Shown: positions 1 through 14,447, counted from the first letter of the whole stretch. The stretch: 63,907 bases of DNA, filler included, from Octopus bimaculoides (GCF_001194135.2; 5 parts of 4 records of this genome joined end to end with filler, not necessarily neighbours in it); one strand, 5' to 3'. The notes: generated from the sequence alone by a model not told the origin. Program-made: numbers and translations.

Positions 1-58
<58 letters not shown>
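1..58. repeat. (CA)n microsatellite
   Basis: Pure AC dinucleotide run at the window start. Confidence 0.98.
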
Positions 59-63
<5 letters not shown>

Positions 64-164
64 CACATATATCTATATATATCTATATGTATGTATATAT
101 ATCTTTTACCGTTTATTTGTCTCAGTCGATAGATTGCGGCCATGCTAAACGGTACAAAAAGAAG

Positions 165-570
165 AAGGACGGGTCATTGGGAGTTTTATTTCTTCAGTCG
201 AGTTGCAAATCATCTTTGCAATTTCGGCTAGTTATACTCGAGATCGTTCCAACCTAGCCAGCGCCAAGGAAAAACTAAGCTAAGAGCACTAGAGTCCTTG
301 GAAGAAAACAGCGAATGTAAAGGAAAAGAAGGAGGGAAAAAACGGATAAATGGTACACAAATACAAATTCAAATGAAGGATATTAACAAGAGGTGTCTTT
401 TGATTAAGGACGAATTAAATTAAGTTTGCGTTCTTGTCTCATTTTTGGTATTCCTTTTTATATAAATATGGTGGCGTACGTACACTTTGTCCTCTCATAT
501 ATATATTTGTTCTGTACTTATCTTTCGTGTGTTCATGTAGTTTTCGCTCGTTGCTGATGTCCTGTACTTA
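165..570. mobile_element. Probable Penelope-like element terminal-repeat remnant
   Basis: Non-coding, complex sequence resembling PLE-type termini as I recall them. The minus strand has a GGCTAG...CTAGCC hairpin followed by GAAA. No ORF. Family assignment is from memory only. Confidence 0.3.
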
Positions 571-1744
571 ATGTGTATTTATAAATATATATGTGTGTGC
601 GTATCTATGTATTAGATATAAGGATGCATAGATATTTAAATAATCATATTTAAATCTTATATATGCATGCTGTGTGTATTTGTAATATCTGTGTGCATGT
701 GTGTTTATGTACAAATTTACTTGCATCCAAGAATATCTGTCATAAGCATGACTTAGAAATATATAAAAATATTGTGTATCTCATCAGAGGTGTCCACATA
801 TATAAAAATACTGTGTATCTGTGAGTTTCTTGTGTACATCCGTGCGTATGTACATATGTGCGCGTGGGTATCTTATGTGTGTGTGTTCGCGGGTGTATAT
901 GTATGTATGTGCGTGTGTGTCTGTGTCGGTGTGCGTGTATGTGTGTGTTCATATGCATGTGTATGAGTTAGTATTAGAAGTGAATTAAGAAAGAAGAATA
1001 ATATAATAGATAGTTGAATAAATAATATATCATTCTAATTTCCATCTTTGCAGAGCATGTAGAAGAAAGAAATCACAGACAAACATACATACACAGTGAT
1101 GATGACGCTAGAGCTTGTGTCCAAAAGCGCAATAAGACTATTTACAGATGTTTTTGAACTGCTGATTTCAATAGAGAGCCCATTTGCTTCGCAATATCAG
1201 CACACCAGCTGCCAACATAGAAGTCTTCTAACTCATATGCATGTGTGTACATATATATGCATATATATATTAAAAAATATATGTACCAAAACGTCAATTT
1301 ATATATATGAAAATATATATGAATACACATGTACACACACACTCACATACACACACACACACATATGTATGTTTATATTGCCCACAGACGGTTCATTTGT
1401 GTTGCTATTATCAGTGTATTTTCGTCGATTTAAATAAGAGTTTTAACTGTTATGTCCAGCAGGTAGACATACTTAGTATTTCCTTTCATTAATTCTGATC
1501 TTTCATCTGTTTAATGTTTTTTGGGGCCTGTGGTCGCCTATACTATTGATTCTGTTATTATAATTTTTAATTGTTACACTTGATAATAATAGAGTCAATA
1601 ATATCTGCGCAAATATTTCTCCTGAATTATTTTCTCCCTATATATNNNNNNNNNNNNNNNNNNNNNNNNNNNNNNNNNNNNNNNNNNNNNNNNNNNNNNN
1701 NNNNNNNNNNNNNNNNNNNNTATATATATATATATATATATAAT

Positions 1745-2030
1745 TGACTCTCCCGTCGTTATACGACGTATGAGGATTCGACAATTTCTTATCGAACAAG
1801 TACACAGATTTCTTTATGGTGATCAAATGTTTGTGTAGACATAAGCTCACTCCCTGCATCAAACCGACATTGGTGCCACATGTCAGATGACGAAATGATC
1901 GCAGAGCAATGTGAAATGAAGTGCTTTGCTCAAGAACAAACACAACGCACCACCCGGTCTGGAAATTGAACCCACGATCTCGCAATCGTGAGTGCAGCAC
2001 CCTAACCACTAAGCCATGCGGGCACACATA
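1745..2030 (-). mobile_element. tRNA-headed SINE (family F)
   Basis: Minus strand begins GCATGGCTTAGTGGTTAGGG (A box) ... GGGTTCAATTTCC (B box), then GTTCTTGAGCAAAGCACTT. Related heads at 47440-47545 and 47605-47712. Confidence 0.75.
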
Positions 2031-2810
2031 CACAAACACACACGCATGCGCGCGCGCGTATACGTATGTATTTACACATCTATGTATATACTTAAATATG
2101 CGTGTACTTGTATATTTATATGTGTATAAATGTTTGCATGTATGTATGTAGGTATATAGGTATGTATGTACGTACGTACGTACGTACGTACGTATGTATG
2201 TATGTATGTATGTATGTATGTATGTATGCATGTATGTACGTATGTAGAGTATGTCTGTAAGTAGGTAAGCGTGTAGACATCGAAGGAGGAAGAAGTAAAC
2301 ATCAAGACCTAACCAGTTTACGATCAAAGTTATTTCGGCGGTTACTTGCATTTCAAGCTGGTTTTGATATTCTTTCGGCTATTGACCTTTTTCGAAATTG
2401 GATGCTGATTGGGGAGAGTGCAGGAGAGACGTGGTTCACCAAAAATAAAAGGAACAACGTAATCAATAATGTCCATGTATATTTGATTTTCTAGTAGCAT
2501 ACATACATATACATATATACGTATATACATACATATAAACATAAATATATATTGACAAAAGAGAATGGATTGTGCAGCAGACTTTATTTCATTATAGAAC
2601 AATACTTTCGTTGCTATTCTACCTGAAGGTATTTGCCGAAGTATTACTTTATATGATAATTTTATATAAATAATGTAAAGGTGAATCAAAGCAAGGAAAA
2701 GTAAAGCTAAAAGTAACAGGAAAAATAAAAGTAAAAGTAAATGTGAAAGTAAAAGCAAACAATGTGTTACAATTGTAAGGAAAAGTAAAAGTAAATAATA
2801 TACATATTAT

Positions 2811-2958
2811 AGGCGTGGCTGTGTGGTAAGTAGCTTGCTAACCAACCACATGGTTCCAGGTTCAGTTCCACTGCGTGGCACCTTGGGAAAGTGTCTTCTA
2901 CTATAGCCTCGGGCCGACCAAAGCCTTGTAAGTGGATTTGGTAGACGGAAACTGAAAG
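2811..2958 (+). mobile_element. SINE family A, 5' half
   Basis: GGCTGTGTGGTAAG...GGTTCAGTTCCACTGCGTGGCACCTTGGGAAAGTGTCTTCTACTATAGCC; near-identical to the copies at 17557, 31707 and 48263. Confidence 0.9.
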
Positions 2959-5356
2959 GTAGGCATATACCAATTCTAAATAAGTCAAAAACACAAACAG
3001 GTTTCTATACAAACATAGAGTTTATTTCAAAATAGAAATTCGTTATCTATAGACAAATAATTTCGTGGGCGTGTTTTAAAATTCTTACTCTGAAAATAGC
3101 TTCTAATGAATAAAACTTTGCGAATGGAACAGTGTCTACAAAGATGTCCATGAATAGTTGTGTAGCGCAAGCAATAGAACAATAAATGCATTTATGCTGA
3201 TCCAGCAGAATAAACATCTATTAAAATAGAGAAGGTATACTGTATGAATCAAATACTTATTTTACAGAATGGTTGAATACTACTTTAAGGAAATCACAGA
3301 GCAGTAGAATTCTATTCCTTTGTCATAAACGTTGTACATTTTAGAACAAAAACTTTAGAATGAAATTAATTCTCAACACCAAACCAGAAGACTGTAACCA
3401 ATTCAACTAATGAAATGTAAAAACATCAAAGAATATTTAAAAAATATTGTAAACTTCATAAAATCAGTTACGTCGGACAATCACCGATAACACATTATTG
3501 TCGGTGTACCATGAACAGATAAGAAAAAAACAACAATACACGAAAACGAAATAAAATAAGATAGAAACACAATAGTTGATGGTAGTATCATCCTATACGC
3601 ATAGGCAGAAACAAGTGCAGACATACGCACGCACACAGAGACGCATAAACAAACACACAAACACACAAACACAAGCACATACATACGATTACAAAATGAT
3701 CTATGGAAGTCAAGTAGTAATACAAATATCATCAAACACATTAAGAACACATAAAATAAACCAAGTAATGTGAAAATATGAAATGTTTAATAAATTTAAA
3801 CGCGGACTTGACAATTTTATACGCTTCAACAATATTTTCATGATCACCGAAAGCAAAGCGCGTGAATAGTACACTAAATTTTCAGATGACGGAGGTAAGC
3901 TTTTGAAATATACGAGAGTAATAAAAATGGAAATGCAATCTTTACATTCTGTTGATGAGTGGACAAAACGTAAAACAATAATAATCCCAAATGATATAAT
4001 TTTATAGTAATTACGACATTATTTTGATTGAAAAGTTGGGATTTCAAGCTCAGTCTGAATTTCGATATTCAGAATACATACATACATACATGCGTGTATA
4101 CGGATTTGGTTACCGACGTCTAGACCACTTTAGGATGTGGGCATCTGCATGTTTTCACCAACAACGGTTTTCTGTGGAGGCTGTGAATCTGAGCTTAAAA
4201 TCATACTGGTTTAATGAGCCTACTCTGTCACACTGGCTCAAGATGCCTTGGCAGTGGGAAGCAGTTTTGATATTCATACTCAGCAGTAGTTAAGTCAATA
4301 TATATATACATATATATATATATATANNNNNNNNNNNNNNNNNNNNNNNNNNNNNNNNNNNNNNNNNNNNNNNNNNNNNNNNNNNNNNNNNNNNNNNNNN
4401 NNNNNNNNNNNNNNNNNNNNNNNNNNNNNNNNNNNNNNNNNNNNNNNNNNNNNNNNNNNNNNNNNNNNNNNNNNNNNNNNNNNNNNNNNNNNNNNNNNNN
4501 NNNNNNNNNNNNNNNNNNNNNNNNNNNNNNNNNNNNNNNNNNNNNNNNNNNNNNNNNNNNNNNNNNNNNNNNNNNNNNNNNNNNNNNNNNNNNNNNNNNN
4601 NNNNNNNNNNNNNNNNNNNNNNNNNNNNNNNNNNNNNNNNNNNNNNNNNNNNNNNNNNNNNNNNNNNNNNNNNNNNNNNNNNNNNNNNNNNNNNNNNNNN
4701 NNNNNNNNNNNNNNNNNNNNNNNNNNNNNNNNNNNNNNNNNNNNNNNNNNNNNNNNNNNNNNNNNNNNNNNNNNNNNNNNNNNNNNNNNNNNNNNNNNNN
4801 NNNNNNNNNNNNNNNNNNNNNNNNNNNNNNNNNNNNNNNNNNNNNNNNNNNNNNNNNNNNNNNNNNNNNNNNNNNNNNNNNNNNNNNNNNNNNNNNNNNN
4901 NNNNNNNNNNNNNNNNNNNNNNNNNNNNNNNNNNNNNNNNNNNNNNNNNNNNNNNNNNNNNNNNNNNNNNNNNNNNNNNNNNNNNNNNNNNNNNNNNTAT
5001 ATATATATATATGTATATGTATACACTTGCTGATTCTATTTAAATTATAGATAATAAACATTCTTCAAAGTACGAATTATATTGCAAACGCTTCATGTAT
5101 CTCTGTGCGTATAAACTCTGCATGTAGGTTGTACAAATTGTTTGACATCAGAGAATTGTATTAGCAATCAACAACAGCGACACGAGTTGTCACACTGCGA
5201 TGTTGTTCAGACAAAAAAACTTACCGGTTCAATATGAATGGAGAATGAAACAAGTTGAAAGACAAGGATTTCCACGAATCTAATTTCTTTTCCTATTTAT
5301 GATATAACGACATAGAGGAATTCTTAATATACATTTCATTCTCTCTCTCTCTCTCT

Positions 5357-5419
<63 letters not shown>

Positions 5420-5464
5420 NNNNNNNNNNNNNNNNNNNNNNNNNNNNNNNNNNNNNNNNNNNTG

Positions 5465-5495
<31 letters not shown>

Positions 5496-5522
5496 AAAAT
5501 AAAAAATAAAAAGACATCTTTA

Positions 5523-5562
<40 letters not shown>

Positions 5563-5587
5563 AATAAATATAAGTATATATACATTA

Positions 5588-5627
<40 letters not shown>

Positions 5628-5774
5628 AAGAGAGAGAGAAAGAGAGAAAAAGTGAGAGAGAGAAAATGAGTGAGAGAACAGAGAAGGAGAGTGATGCTGA
5701 CAAAAAGAATCATATTTTATATATATATATATGTATATATATATACAATGCACAGCTAGCTTTCTAGCATTCAC

Positions 5775-5925
5775 CCTTCAAAGTAATACAAAATGCTTAC
5801 AACAGTGATTACTCAGAAATATGAGGAAGACCTGGTGTGACGGACTTGCCTGTGATATTCAATCTGCCGCCGATGCAAATGATAAAAATAACATTTGTCA
5901 TGTTATGAAGCAAGTTTATGTTCTG
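5775..5925 (+). mobile_element. RTE-clade LINE ORF2 fragment (degenerate)
   Basis: Translates MRKTWCDGLACDIQSAADANDKNNICHVMKQVY, resembling the RTE inter-domain pattern W..KA.EIQ.AAD.ND...FY..LK.VYG. Confidence 0.5.
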
Positions 5926-7430
5926 CATCAGCTATTTTCCTTTATATTGATCATATTTTTACATCTTGCAAGGCATTTGGACTCAGCACTTAGCTTCGAC
6001 AAGATCGTTGTAATGTTCTGGCGTACACCAGGAAACCCACGTGTGAAACTATGTATCGTAGTTGAAGGAACAATAAAGACACTAGTACACTAGTTTATCT
6101 AGTAGGGTTGCAGACTCGGGTGTTCTTTCTTGTTAAAGTTTCAGAAAATGATTCCTTCAGAGGTCTTGAATCACGTGTCTAGTCTCAACATGGCATCTCA
6201 AGGTGAAAAAAAAATGGTGCTCTGTCGCGTGCGTGAGTGGTGACGTCAAGCCTTTATGTGAGATAAGAATCCTTTACAGGCGTCTAACCAGGGTCTTTGA
6301 TTCTTTCATCAGATACATATATTTATGTGTGTGTGTATATATGTATGTATATATATATATATATATATATNNNNNNNNNNNNNNNNNNNNNNNNNNNNNN
6401 NNNNNNNNNNNNNNNNNNNNNNNNNNNNNNNNNNNNNNNNNNNNNNNNNNNNNNNNNNNNNNNNNNNNNNNNNNNNNNNNNNNNNNNNNNNNNNNNNNNN
6501 NNNNNNNNNNNNNNNNNNNNNNNNNNNNNNNNNNNNNNNNNNNNNNNNNNNNNNNNNNNNNNNNNNNNNNNNNNNNNNNNNNNNNNNNNNNNNNNNNNNN
6601 NNNNNNNNNNNNNNNNNNNNNNNNNNNNNNNNNNNNNNNNNNNNNNNNNNNNNNNNNNNNNNNNNNNNNNNNNNNNNNNNNNNNNNNNNNNNNNNNNNNN
6701 NNNNNNNNNNNNNNNNNNNNNNNNNNNNNNNNNNNNNNNNNNNNNNNNNNNNNNNNNNNNNNNNNNNNNNNNNNNNNNNNNNNNNNNNNNNNNNNNNNNN
6801 NNNNNNNNNNNNNNNNNNNNNNNNNNNNNNNNNNNNNNNNNNNNNNNNNNNNNNNNNNNNNNNNNNNNNNNNNNNNNNNNNNNNNNNNNNNNNNNNNNNN
6901 NNNNNNNNNNNNNNNNNNNNNNNNNNNNNNNNNNNNNNNNNNNNNNNNNNNNNNNNNNNNNNNNNNNNNNNNNNNNNNNNNNNNNNNNNNNNNNNNNNNN
7001 NNNNNNNNNNNNNNNNNNNNNNNNNNNNNNNNNNNNNNNNNNNNNNNNNNNNNNNNNNNNNNNNNNNNNNNNNNNNNNNNATACATATATATATATACAT
7101 ATATATATATATACACACACACACACGTAGACACATAATTACATACGTATATACATCTATGTACCTTTCCCTGTGTATATACATGCTGTGTGCTTGCGTG
7201 TGCGTTTGTATGTGTGAGTGTGTGTGTGTGTGTGTGTGTTTGTGTGTATGTGTGTGAATACAGATGCAAATGACAGTAATCAATAGGTTTAGCAGACTTA
7301 ATTGTTCGCTGCAGGTTGATTAATCACTTTGAAGATAATCTGTCTACATCTGGTTCTTCAGACGACGCAGAGATAACATTGATTACATATCTTGTCATCC
7401 AGTGGAAACATCTCACTAGTGCATATATAC

Positions 7431-7751
7431 TCTTTACTCTTTTTTACTCTGTTATTTGTTTCAGTCTTTTGACTGTGGCCATGCTGGAGCACCGCCTTTT
7501 AGTTGAGCAAATCGACCCCAGGACTTATTCTTTAGAAGCCTAGTACTTATTCTATCGATCTCTTTTGCCGAACCGCTAAGTTACGGGGACATAAACACAC
7601 CAGCATCGGTTGTCAAGCGATGTTGGGGGGACAAACACACACATACAAACATACACACACATACATATATATATATACATATATACGACGGGCTTCTTTC
7701 AGTTTCCGTCTACCAAATCCACTCACAAGGCTTTGGTCGGCCCGAGGCTAT
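7431..7751 (-). mobile_element. SINE family A (5' end lost in gap)
   Basis: Reverse complement of the family A 3' half (GACTGTGGCCATGCTGGAGCACCGCC...GCCGAACCGCTAAGTTACGGGGAC), the internal microsatellite and part of the core. Confidence 0.9.
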
Positions 7752-8199
7752 NNNNNNNNNNNNNNNNNNNNNNNNNNNNNNNNNNNNNNNNNNNNNNNNN
7801 NNNNNNNNNNNNNNNNNNNNNNNNNNNNNNNNNNNNNNNNNNNNNNNNNNNNNNNNNNNNNNNNNNNNNNNNNNNNNNNNNNNNNNNNNNNNNNNNNNNN
7901 NNNNNNNNNNNNNNNNNNNNNNNNNNNNNNNNNNNNNNNNNNNNNNNNNNNNNNNNNNNNNNNNNNNNNNNNNNNNNNNNNNNNNNNNNNNNNNNNNNNN
8001 NNNNNNNNNNNNNNNNNNNNNNNNNNNNNNNNNNNNNNNNNNNNNNNNNNNNNNNNNNNNNNNNNNNNNNNNNNNNNNNNNNNNNNNNNNNNNNNNNNNN
8101 NNNNNNNNNNNNNNNNNNNNNNNNNNNNNNNNNNNNNNNNNNNNNNNNNNNNNNNNNNNNNNNNNNNNNNNNNNNNNNNNNNNNNNNNNNNNNNNNNNN

Positions 8200-8236
<37 letters not shown>

Positions 8237-8393
8237 CACACGCACATGCACACAGACACTCATAAATACGTCGCAGGATTACTCAGTTTTTGCAATCTGA
8301 GTGGACTGGAGCAATCTGAAATGAAGCGCTTTGCTCAAGAACTCAATGCATCGCCCAATCCAAGAAGGAAACCACAGTCTTATACTTATGTAC

Positions 8394-8439
<46 letters not shown>

Positions 8440-8739
8440 ATAGATATATATATATGTGTATATATATGTATATATAAGGATAACATTTTATCAATGGCTT
8501 GTATTTTAAAATACGTTTTAAGGTGAAAATTATAAACAATTATAAATAAGGGCCAAAAAAAAATTCTATGCCAATAACCTGAAAAATAGACTTTAGATCG
8601 TCTAACTTCATACAATATTTTTCACTATTAAATACACAGCGTGTTGAAACGAGAAAAGTAAACTAACGGAAATTTTTAAAATTCCGTTATCCCCGAATAG
8701 GACCGATTTCAGGATTATTCTAGAAATCCGTCAGATTCG

Positions 8740-9095
8740 GTTTAGAATTTTCTTCAGGTCGATTAGCCCATCCCTCTCAAAAGGTCCCGAAACAATGGTC
8801 GCTTAAAGATGATGAATGAAATACCCATGTTTCTAGGAGTGAAAATATTCAAACTCCAAAGTATCTCTCTCAAGCCATGACTACAGTGCCCCCCACCACT
8901 ACTTGTGTTCGCCATCAGGGATTTGCATATCGTCATCCACAAAGGGACATCTCAACTTGTTGAGGTCAAAGAACTGACACGCAAATCTGTGATATTAAGC
9001 AGAATATTTGCTCTAGCTCAATTTTTACACTGAAACAAAACATCTACATGATAACACTTTTAATGAGAAAAGATCAGAAACGAACAGAACCACTC
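8740..9095 (-). mobile_element. Element E, old diverged copy
   Basis: Aligns by eye with 43640-43990 (TTAGAATTTTCTTCAGGTC...AAAAGGTCCC...ACCCATGTTTC...AAGGGACAT...GCAAATCTGTG...CATGATAACACTT). Strand is relative to the 50417 copy. Confidence 0.7.
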
Positions 9096-9444
9096 TCTAG
9101 CATTCCATAAGAGCATTCAATATTGTTATTACCAATATTGGTCTTAATAATCTTACGGGTATTGTTATTATTCAATCATTACAACTAACAGAATATATTC
9201 TCATAATGATGGTAATAAATATAATAAAATGTTATATTACTAATATTATATTATCATTAGAAACAAGCACGATCTCTTACGTTAATAACAATAGAGAGTA
9301 AGGCCAATAATCTTCATTTCGCAGTCCAAACGCAGTCAGCCCCAAACATATATTGAATTTCGTTTTCTAATTTATTATTCATTATTGGGCATGAATATAA
9401 TTTAATATTTGTTATTATATTTATTATTTCATTTATTATATTTA

Positions 9445-9480
9445 TGATTATTATTATTACTGCCGCTGTTGTTGTCGTTG

Positions 9481-9568
<88 letters not shown>
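9445..9568. repeat. (TTA)n/(TTG)n trinucleotide microsatellite
   Basis: Long ATT run ending at an N gap. Confidence 0.95.
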
Positions 9569-10166
9569 NNNNNNNNNNNNNNNNNNNNNNNNNNNNNNNN
9601 NNNNNNNNNNNNNNNNNNNNNNNNNNNNNNNNNNNNNNNNNNNNNNNNNNNNNNNNNNNNNNNNNNNNNNNNNNNNNNNNNNNNNNNNNNNNNNNNNNNN
9701 NNNNNNNNNNNNNNNNNNNNNNNNNNNNNNNNNNNNNNNNNNNNNNNNNNNNNNNNNNNNNNNNNNNNNNNNNNNNNNNNNNNNNNNNNNNNNNNNNNNN
9801 NNNNNNNNNNNNNNNNNNNNNNNNNNNNNNNNNNNNNNNNNNNNNNNNNNNNNNNNNNNNNNNNNNNNNNNNNNNNNNNNNNNNNNNNNNNNNNNNNNNN
9901 NNNNNNNNNNNNNNNNNNNNNNNNNNNNNNNNNNNNNNNNNNNNNNNNNNNNNNNNNNNNNNNNNNNNNNNNNNNNNNNNNNNNNNNNNNNNNNNNNNNN
10001 NNNNNNNNNNNNNNNNNNNNNNNNNNNNNNNNNNNNNNNNNNNNNNNNNNNNNNNNNNNNNNNNNNNNNNNNNNNNNNNNNNNNNNNNNNNNNNNNNNNN
10101 NNNNNNNNNNNNNNNNNNNNNNNNNNNNNNNNNNNNNNNNNNNNNNNNNNNNNNNNNNNNNNNNNN

Positions 10167-10218
<52 letters not shown>

Positions 10219-12041
10219 AATATGTATGTATGTATGAAGGTAGGTAGGTACATACGTACGTACGTATGCATGTAGGTCGATTAATATGTGTATAGTAAGG
10301 TATTACATCTCACGATCCATTGCAGTGTGTTTCGGTCAATGACCTTGTCAGTCATACGCTTGACAGGATCTTCCTCTGAAAATAGTCTTGTAATTTTAGT
10401 TTGATTTATTTAGAATAAAATAGGTGAATTGAATGTATAATCCTGCTTCGAATCTCTTATTTTGACAGCGGCATAATTAGTTTCTTTCTCTAGCTATCAA
10501 ATATACATACACGCATATACATGCATATACAGATACATATATACGTACATACTTACGTACATACATACATACATGCATACATACATACATACATACATAC
10601 ATACACAGATTGAAGGCATCAATGGAACTGTAAAGATATGTTAAACTTTCCAAAAGTTTAGCACATAAATACATATGCATGCATCTAGACATGAAAATAT
10701 ATACATAAAAACGCATCCATAAAACGAACACACAAATCTGCGCATAAACCAAATTCTGCACACACACACACACACACATATGCACAAATACATAGATGAT
10801 GTTGATAAAAGTTCCAATGAAGGAGCCTTGAATCTATGTTAGAGTCCGGCTCTTTCTCTATGGACAAGAAATACAGAAATGAAACTGATTGATAACATAC
10901 ATACACTCATACNNNNNNNNNNNNNNNNNNNNNNNNNNNNNNNNNNNNNNNNNNNNNNNNNNNNNNNNNNNNNNNNNNNNNNNNNNNNNNNNNNNNNNNN
11001 NNNNNNNNNNNNNNNNNNNNNNNNNNNNNNNNNNNNNNNNNNNNNNNNNNNNNNNNNNNNNNNNNNNNNNNNNNNNNNNNNNNNNNNNNNNNNNNNNNNN
11101 NNNNNNNNNNNNNNNNNNNNNNNNNNNNNNNNNNNNNNNNNNNNNNNNNNNNNNNNNNNNNNNNNNNNNNNNNNNNNNNNNNNNNNNNNNNNNNNNNNNN
11201 NNNNNNNNNNNNNNNNNNNNNNNNNNNNNNNNNNNNNNNNNNNNNNNNNNNNNNNNNNNNNNNNNNNNNNNNNNNNNNNNNNNNNNNNNNNNNNNNNNNN
11301 NNNNNNNNNNNNNNNNNNNNNNNNNNNNNNNNNNNNNNNNNNNNNNNNNNNNNNNNNNNNNNNNNNNNNNNNNNNNNNNNNNNNNNNNNNNNNNNNNNNN
11401 NNNNNNNNNNNNNNNNNNNNNNNNNNNNNNNNNNNNNNNNNNNNNNNNNNNNNNNNNNNNNNNNNNNNNNNNNNNNNNNNNNNNNNNNNNNNNNNNNNNN
11501 NNNNNNNNNNNNNNNNNNNNNNNNNNNNNNNNNNNNNNNNNNNNNNNNNNNNNNNNNNNNNNNNNNNNNNNNNNNNNNNNNNNNNNNNNNNNNNNNNNNN
11601 NNNNNNNNNNNNNNNNNNNNNNNNNNNNNNNNNNNNNNNNNNNNNNNNNNNNNNNNNNNNNNNNNNNNNNNNNNNNNNNNNNNNNNNNNNNNNNNNNNNN
11701 NNNNNNNNNNNNNNNNNNNNNNNNNNNNNNNNNNNNNNNNNNNNNNNATATATGCATGTATATATAGATGTGTATATATATCTATACATTTTTGCATTGG
11801 AAGTTTACATAAGAGTGCAAGCAGGTGGTATGTTTAAGCTAGGCAAGTTCGTTACTTGTTATTTATGGAATTTTCTGTGTTACGATTCAGGTGTGAAACA
11901 CCTGATGACTGCGAGACGACATCAATTCATTCTGGCCAAGGCTCGATTCATTTGATGAATGGAAAAAGCACCTTCTTTTACTCTTTTACTCTTTTACTTG
12001 TTTCACTCATTTGACTGCGGCCTTTAGTCGAACAAAAAAAT

Positions 12042-12586
12042 CTTATGTTATGTATTTGGTGGTCTGGCGCAGGTGTGATCTATTATGATTTCATTAAACA
12101 TGGCTTATCAATCACGGCCGAAGTATACTGCAGCCAGCTGAACCAAATAATCCAGAAACTTACAAAAAGAAACAAAGACAGCCTAGATTACTCAACAGAT
12201 TCACTCCTATTTTATTGCAAGACAACGCCGGACCACACATCGCAAAAATGACAGTGGTGAAAATACAGGAGCTGGAAGTTCTCCATAATCCACCATACTC
12301 CCCTGATCTTTCCCCACTGACTACCACTTCTTCCAGAATTTGGATAACTTTTTGATAGGAAAAAAAATTAATTCCGACGATGCTGTAAAACAGGCCTTCC
12401 AAGGTTTTATTGACTCTAGATTGCCAGGCTTTTATAGTTCCGGGGCTGACAAGCTACCGCTGAAATGGCAAAAGTGTATTGACAATATTGCTGCATACTT
12501 TGATGAATAAAACTTTTCCTTGTATTCATAAAACATTAGCAAACTTCTTTTTTGTTTCTACAAATTTCATACTTGACGACCTAACA
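12042..12586 (+). pseudogene. Mariner transposase C-terminal remnant with probable right TIR
   Basis: MLCIWWSGAGVIYYDF..., LQDNAGPHIAKMT, HNPPYSPDL, (T)DYHFFQNLDNFL, KWQKCIDN..YFDE*. Contains frameshifts; ends ...TTGACGACCTAACATA. Confidence 0.9.
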
Positions 12587-12617
12587 TATTTTTATATACA
12601 CAGACAAACAGACACAC

Positions 12618-12619
<2 letters not shown>

Positions 12620-12652
<33 letters not shown>

Positions 12653-12716
12653 CATACATACATACATACATACATACATACATACATACATACATACATA
12701 CATACATACATACATA
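12620..12716. repeat. Compound (GATA)n-(CATA)n microsatellite
   Basis: Direct reading. Confidence 0.95.
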
Positions 12717-13296
12717 AGTGTATGTATATATTAACTATTACATAATAAATCCATGTTTGTAAGGCTTAATTTTATCTTTGTGGTATCGGATAATTTTCTG
12801 CAACTTTTGCGATACGGTGCAGTCAGGCATGAATGGTTTTGATATATATAAGGGGAACATGGAATATGCTATTGATACCTTGAAATTTTATCTTATTTAC
12901 AGCTGACTCTTATGTGAATATGTAATAGTTCAATATGTCTTTTTCCACGCTTCACTTCAGAACATTCCAAGCATATTATTGGAGAGGAGAATGACAACGA
13001 AATAAGATAAAAGCGATATTGTTTTATCGGGATGTAGAATTCGCGCCAAAATAATAACATAGCTGCATATTTTATGCTATCTGGTTCTTCTTACACTTCA
13101 GAAGAAACTATTCTTGAGTTAGCGTTTTCTACAGAATCGTTAGCACTCTGGACAAAATTGCTTAGCATCATTTTGCCTGACTTTACGTTGTGAGATGATG
13201 ATATTCGGTCGAGATCATTTTCGCCATTCATCTATTTGGGGACGCTGAAATAAGTACCAGTTAAGAACTGGGGTCGATTTACTCGAGCTGGTATAA

Positions 13297-13460
13297 TCGT
13301 TAGCACGCTGGGAAACATGCCACCAGGCATTTCGTCCGTCTTCACGTTCTGAGTTCAAATTCCGCCGAGGTCGACTTTGCCTTTCATCCTTCCGGGGTCG
13401 GTAAAATAAATTCCAGCTGAAAACTCGGGTCGATGTAATTCACACATGCCCCTCCTCCAC
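13297..13460 (+). mobile_element. SINE family B
   Basis: GTTCTGAGTTCAAATTCCGCCGAGGTCGACTTTGCCTTTCATCCTTCCGGGGTCGGTAAAATAA; a second degraded copy lies at about 13135-13290. Confidence 0.85.
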
Positions 13461-14447
13461 ATATATATATTTATATATTACTTTCAGACATTAGTCGGCC
13501 CGGGGCTATAGTAGAAGCTACTTGCCCAAGTTGCCACACAGTGACACTGAAGTAGAAGCATATGGCTACAAAGTGGGATTATTGTTAATCACGTAACTAT
13601 GACTTTAATGCATATTGTCTGATAGGCAGTAATAGAATGGACCCTGTTAGAGCCGAATAGTTCGGATTCAACCAATGCTATTTTCGTATTCCATATACAA
13701 AAATAGCTCCGGTTGTGGTAGTGGTGATTGCTGTAGAGTGGAAGAGAATACGTATGGAGATTTACGTTGTGGAAAGAAAGAAACATTTTTCAGGTATATT
13801 TAAGTCAGTAAATAACATATTCACCGTTTAATGTCTGTTTGTGAGTTTGTGATTAGATTCCAAATAAAAATACACTTACAAATATGGTTAATTTCCTATT
13901 CAAAACACGTTCGCAAATAATACAAGTGGTATTTATATTATTACCGGTCTTTAGAAATATACGAAGTTTTGTGTAGCGTAGTTAAGTTAAGTGTTAACTT
14001 ACTTATGATAGATAACATTAAAAGTTTTAACTAGAACTAATTATATGATGGGGTAGATAGCACTGCGAATATTTCAATAGGAAAATAACATATTTAACAA
14101 CGAAGTAGTTGTAATGCTAAGTAAGCTCAAGTGTCTGCAAGTTGAGATTAGCGATTTCAAAGTGAGCACATTTCTCATAATCAAATCTTAAACGGACTTA
14201 ACTTTTAGACGAATCAATAAAAACGTCACTTGCTCGAGGTTTTGTTGTTCCTCTTGTTTAAATTTACGGTCTCTGAAATGCTCTGGCCTCTGTGGTTGGG
14301 GAAAAATTTATTACAGCTACTGATGTTAAATGTTTCTTTATACAATATAAAGGTTATTGCACGCTGACCTCATTTAACTCTTTATTAGTTGAACGTGTAT
14401 TTTAATAAATAAAATGTGTAACAGATATCGCAGTTGATAAGTGAATT

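Noticed and set aside
1053-1240. Acceptor-like TTTGCAG followed by complex sequence (ORFs 1096-1437 and 1142-1342)
   Set aside because: No donor or recognisable protein; the frames either stop early or run into microsatellite.
6241-6248. Perfect CRE palindrome TGACGTCA
   Set aside because: A single 8-mer is expected by chance in 64 kb, and there is no nearby transcription start evidence.
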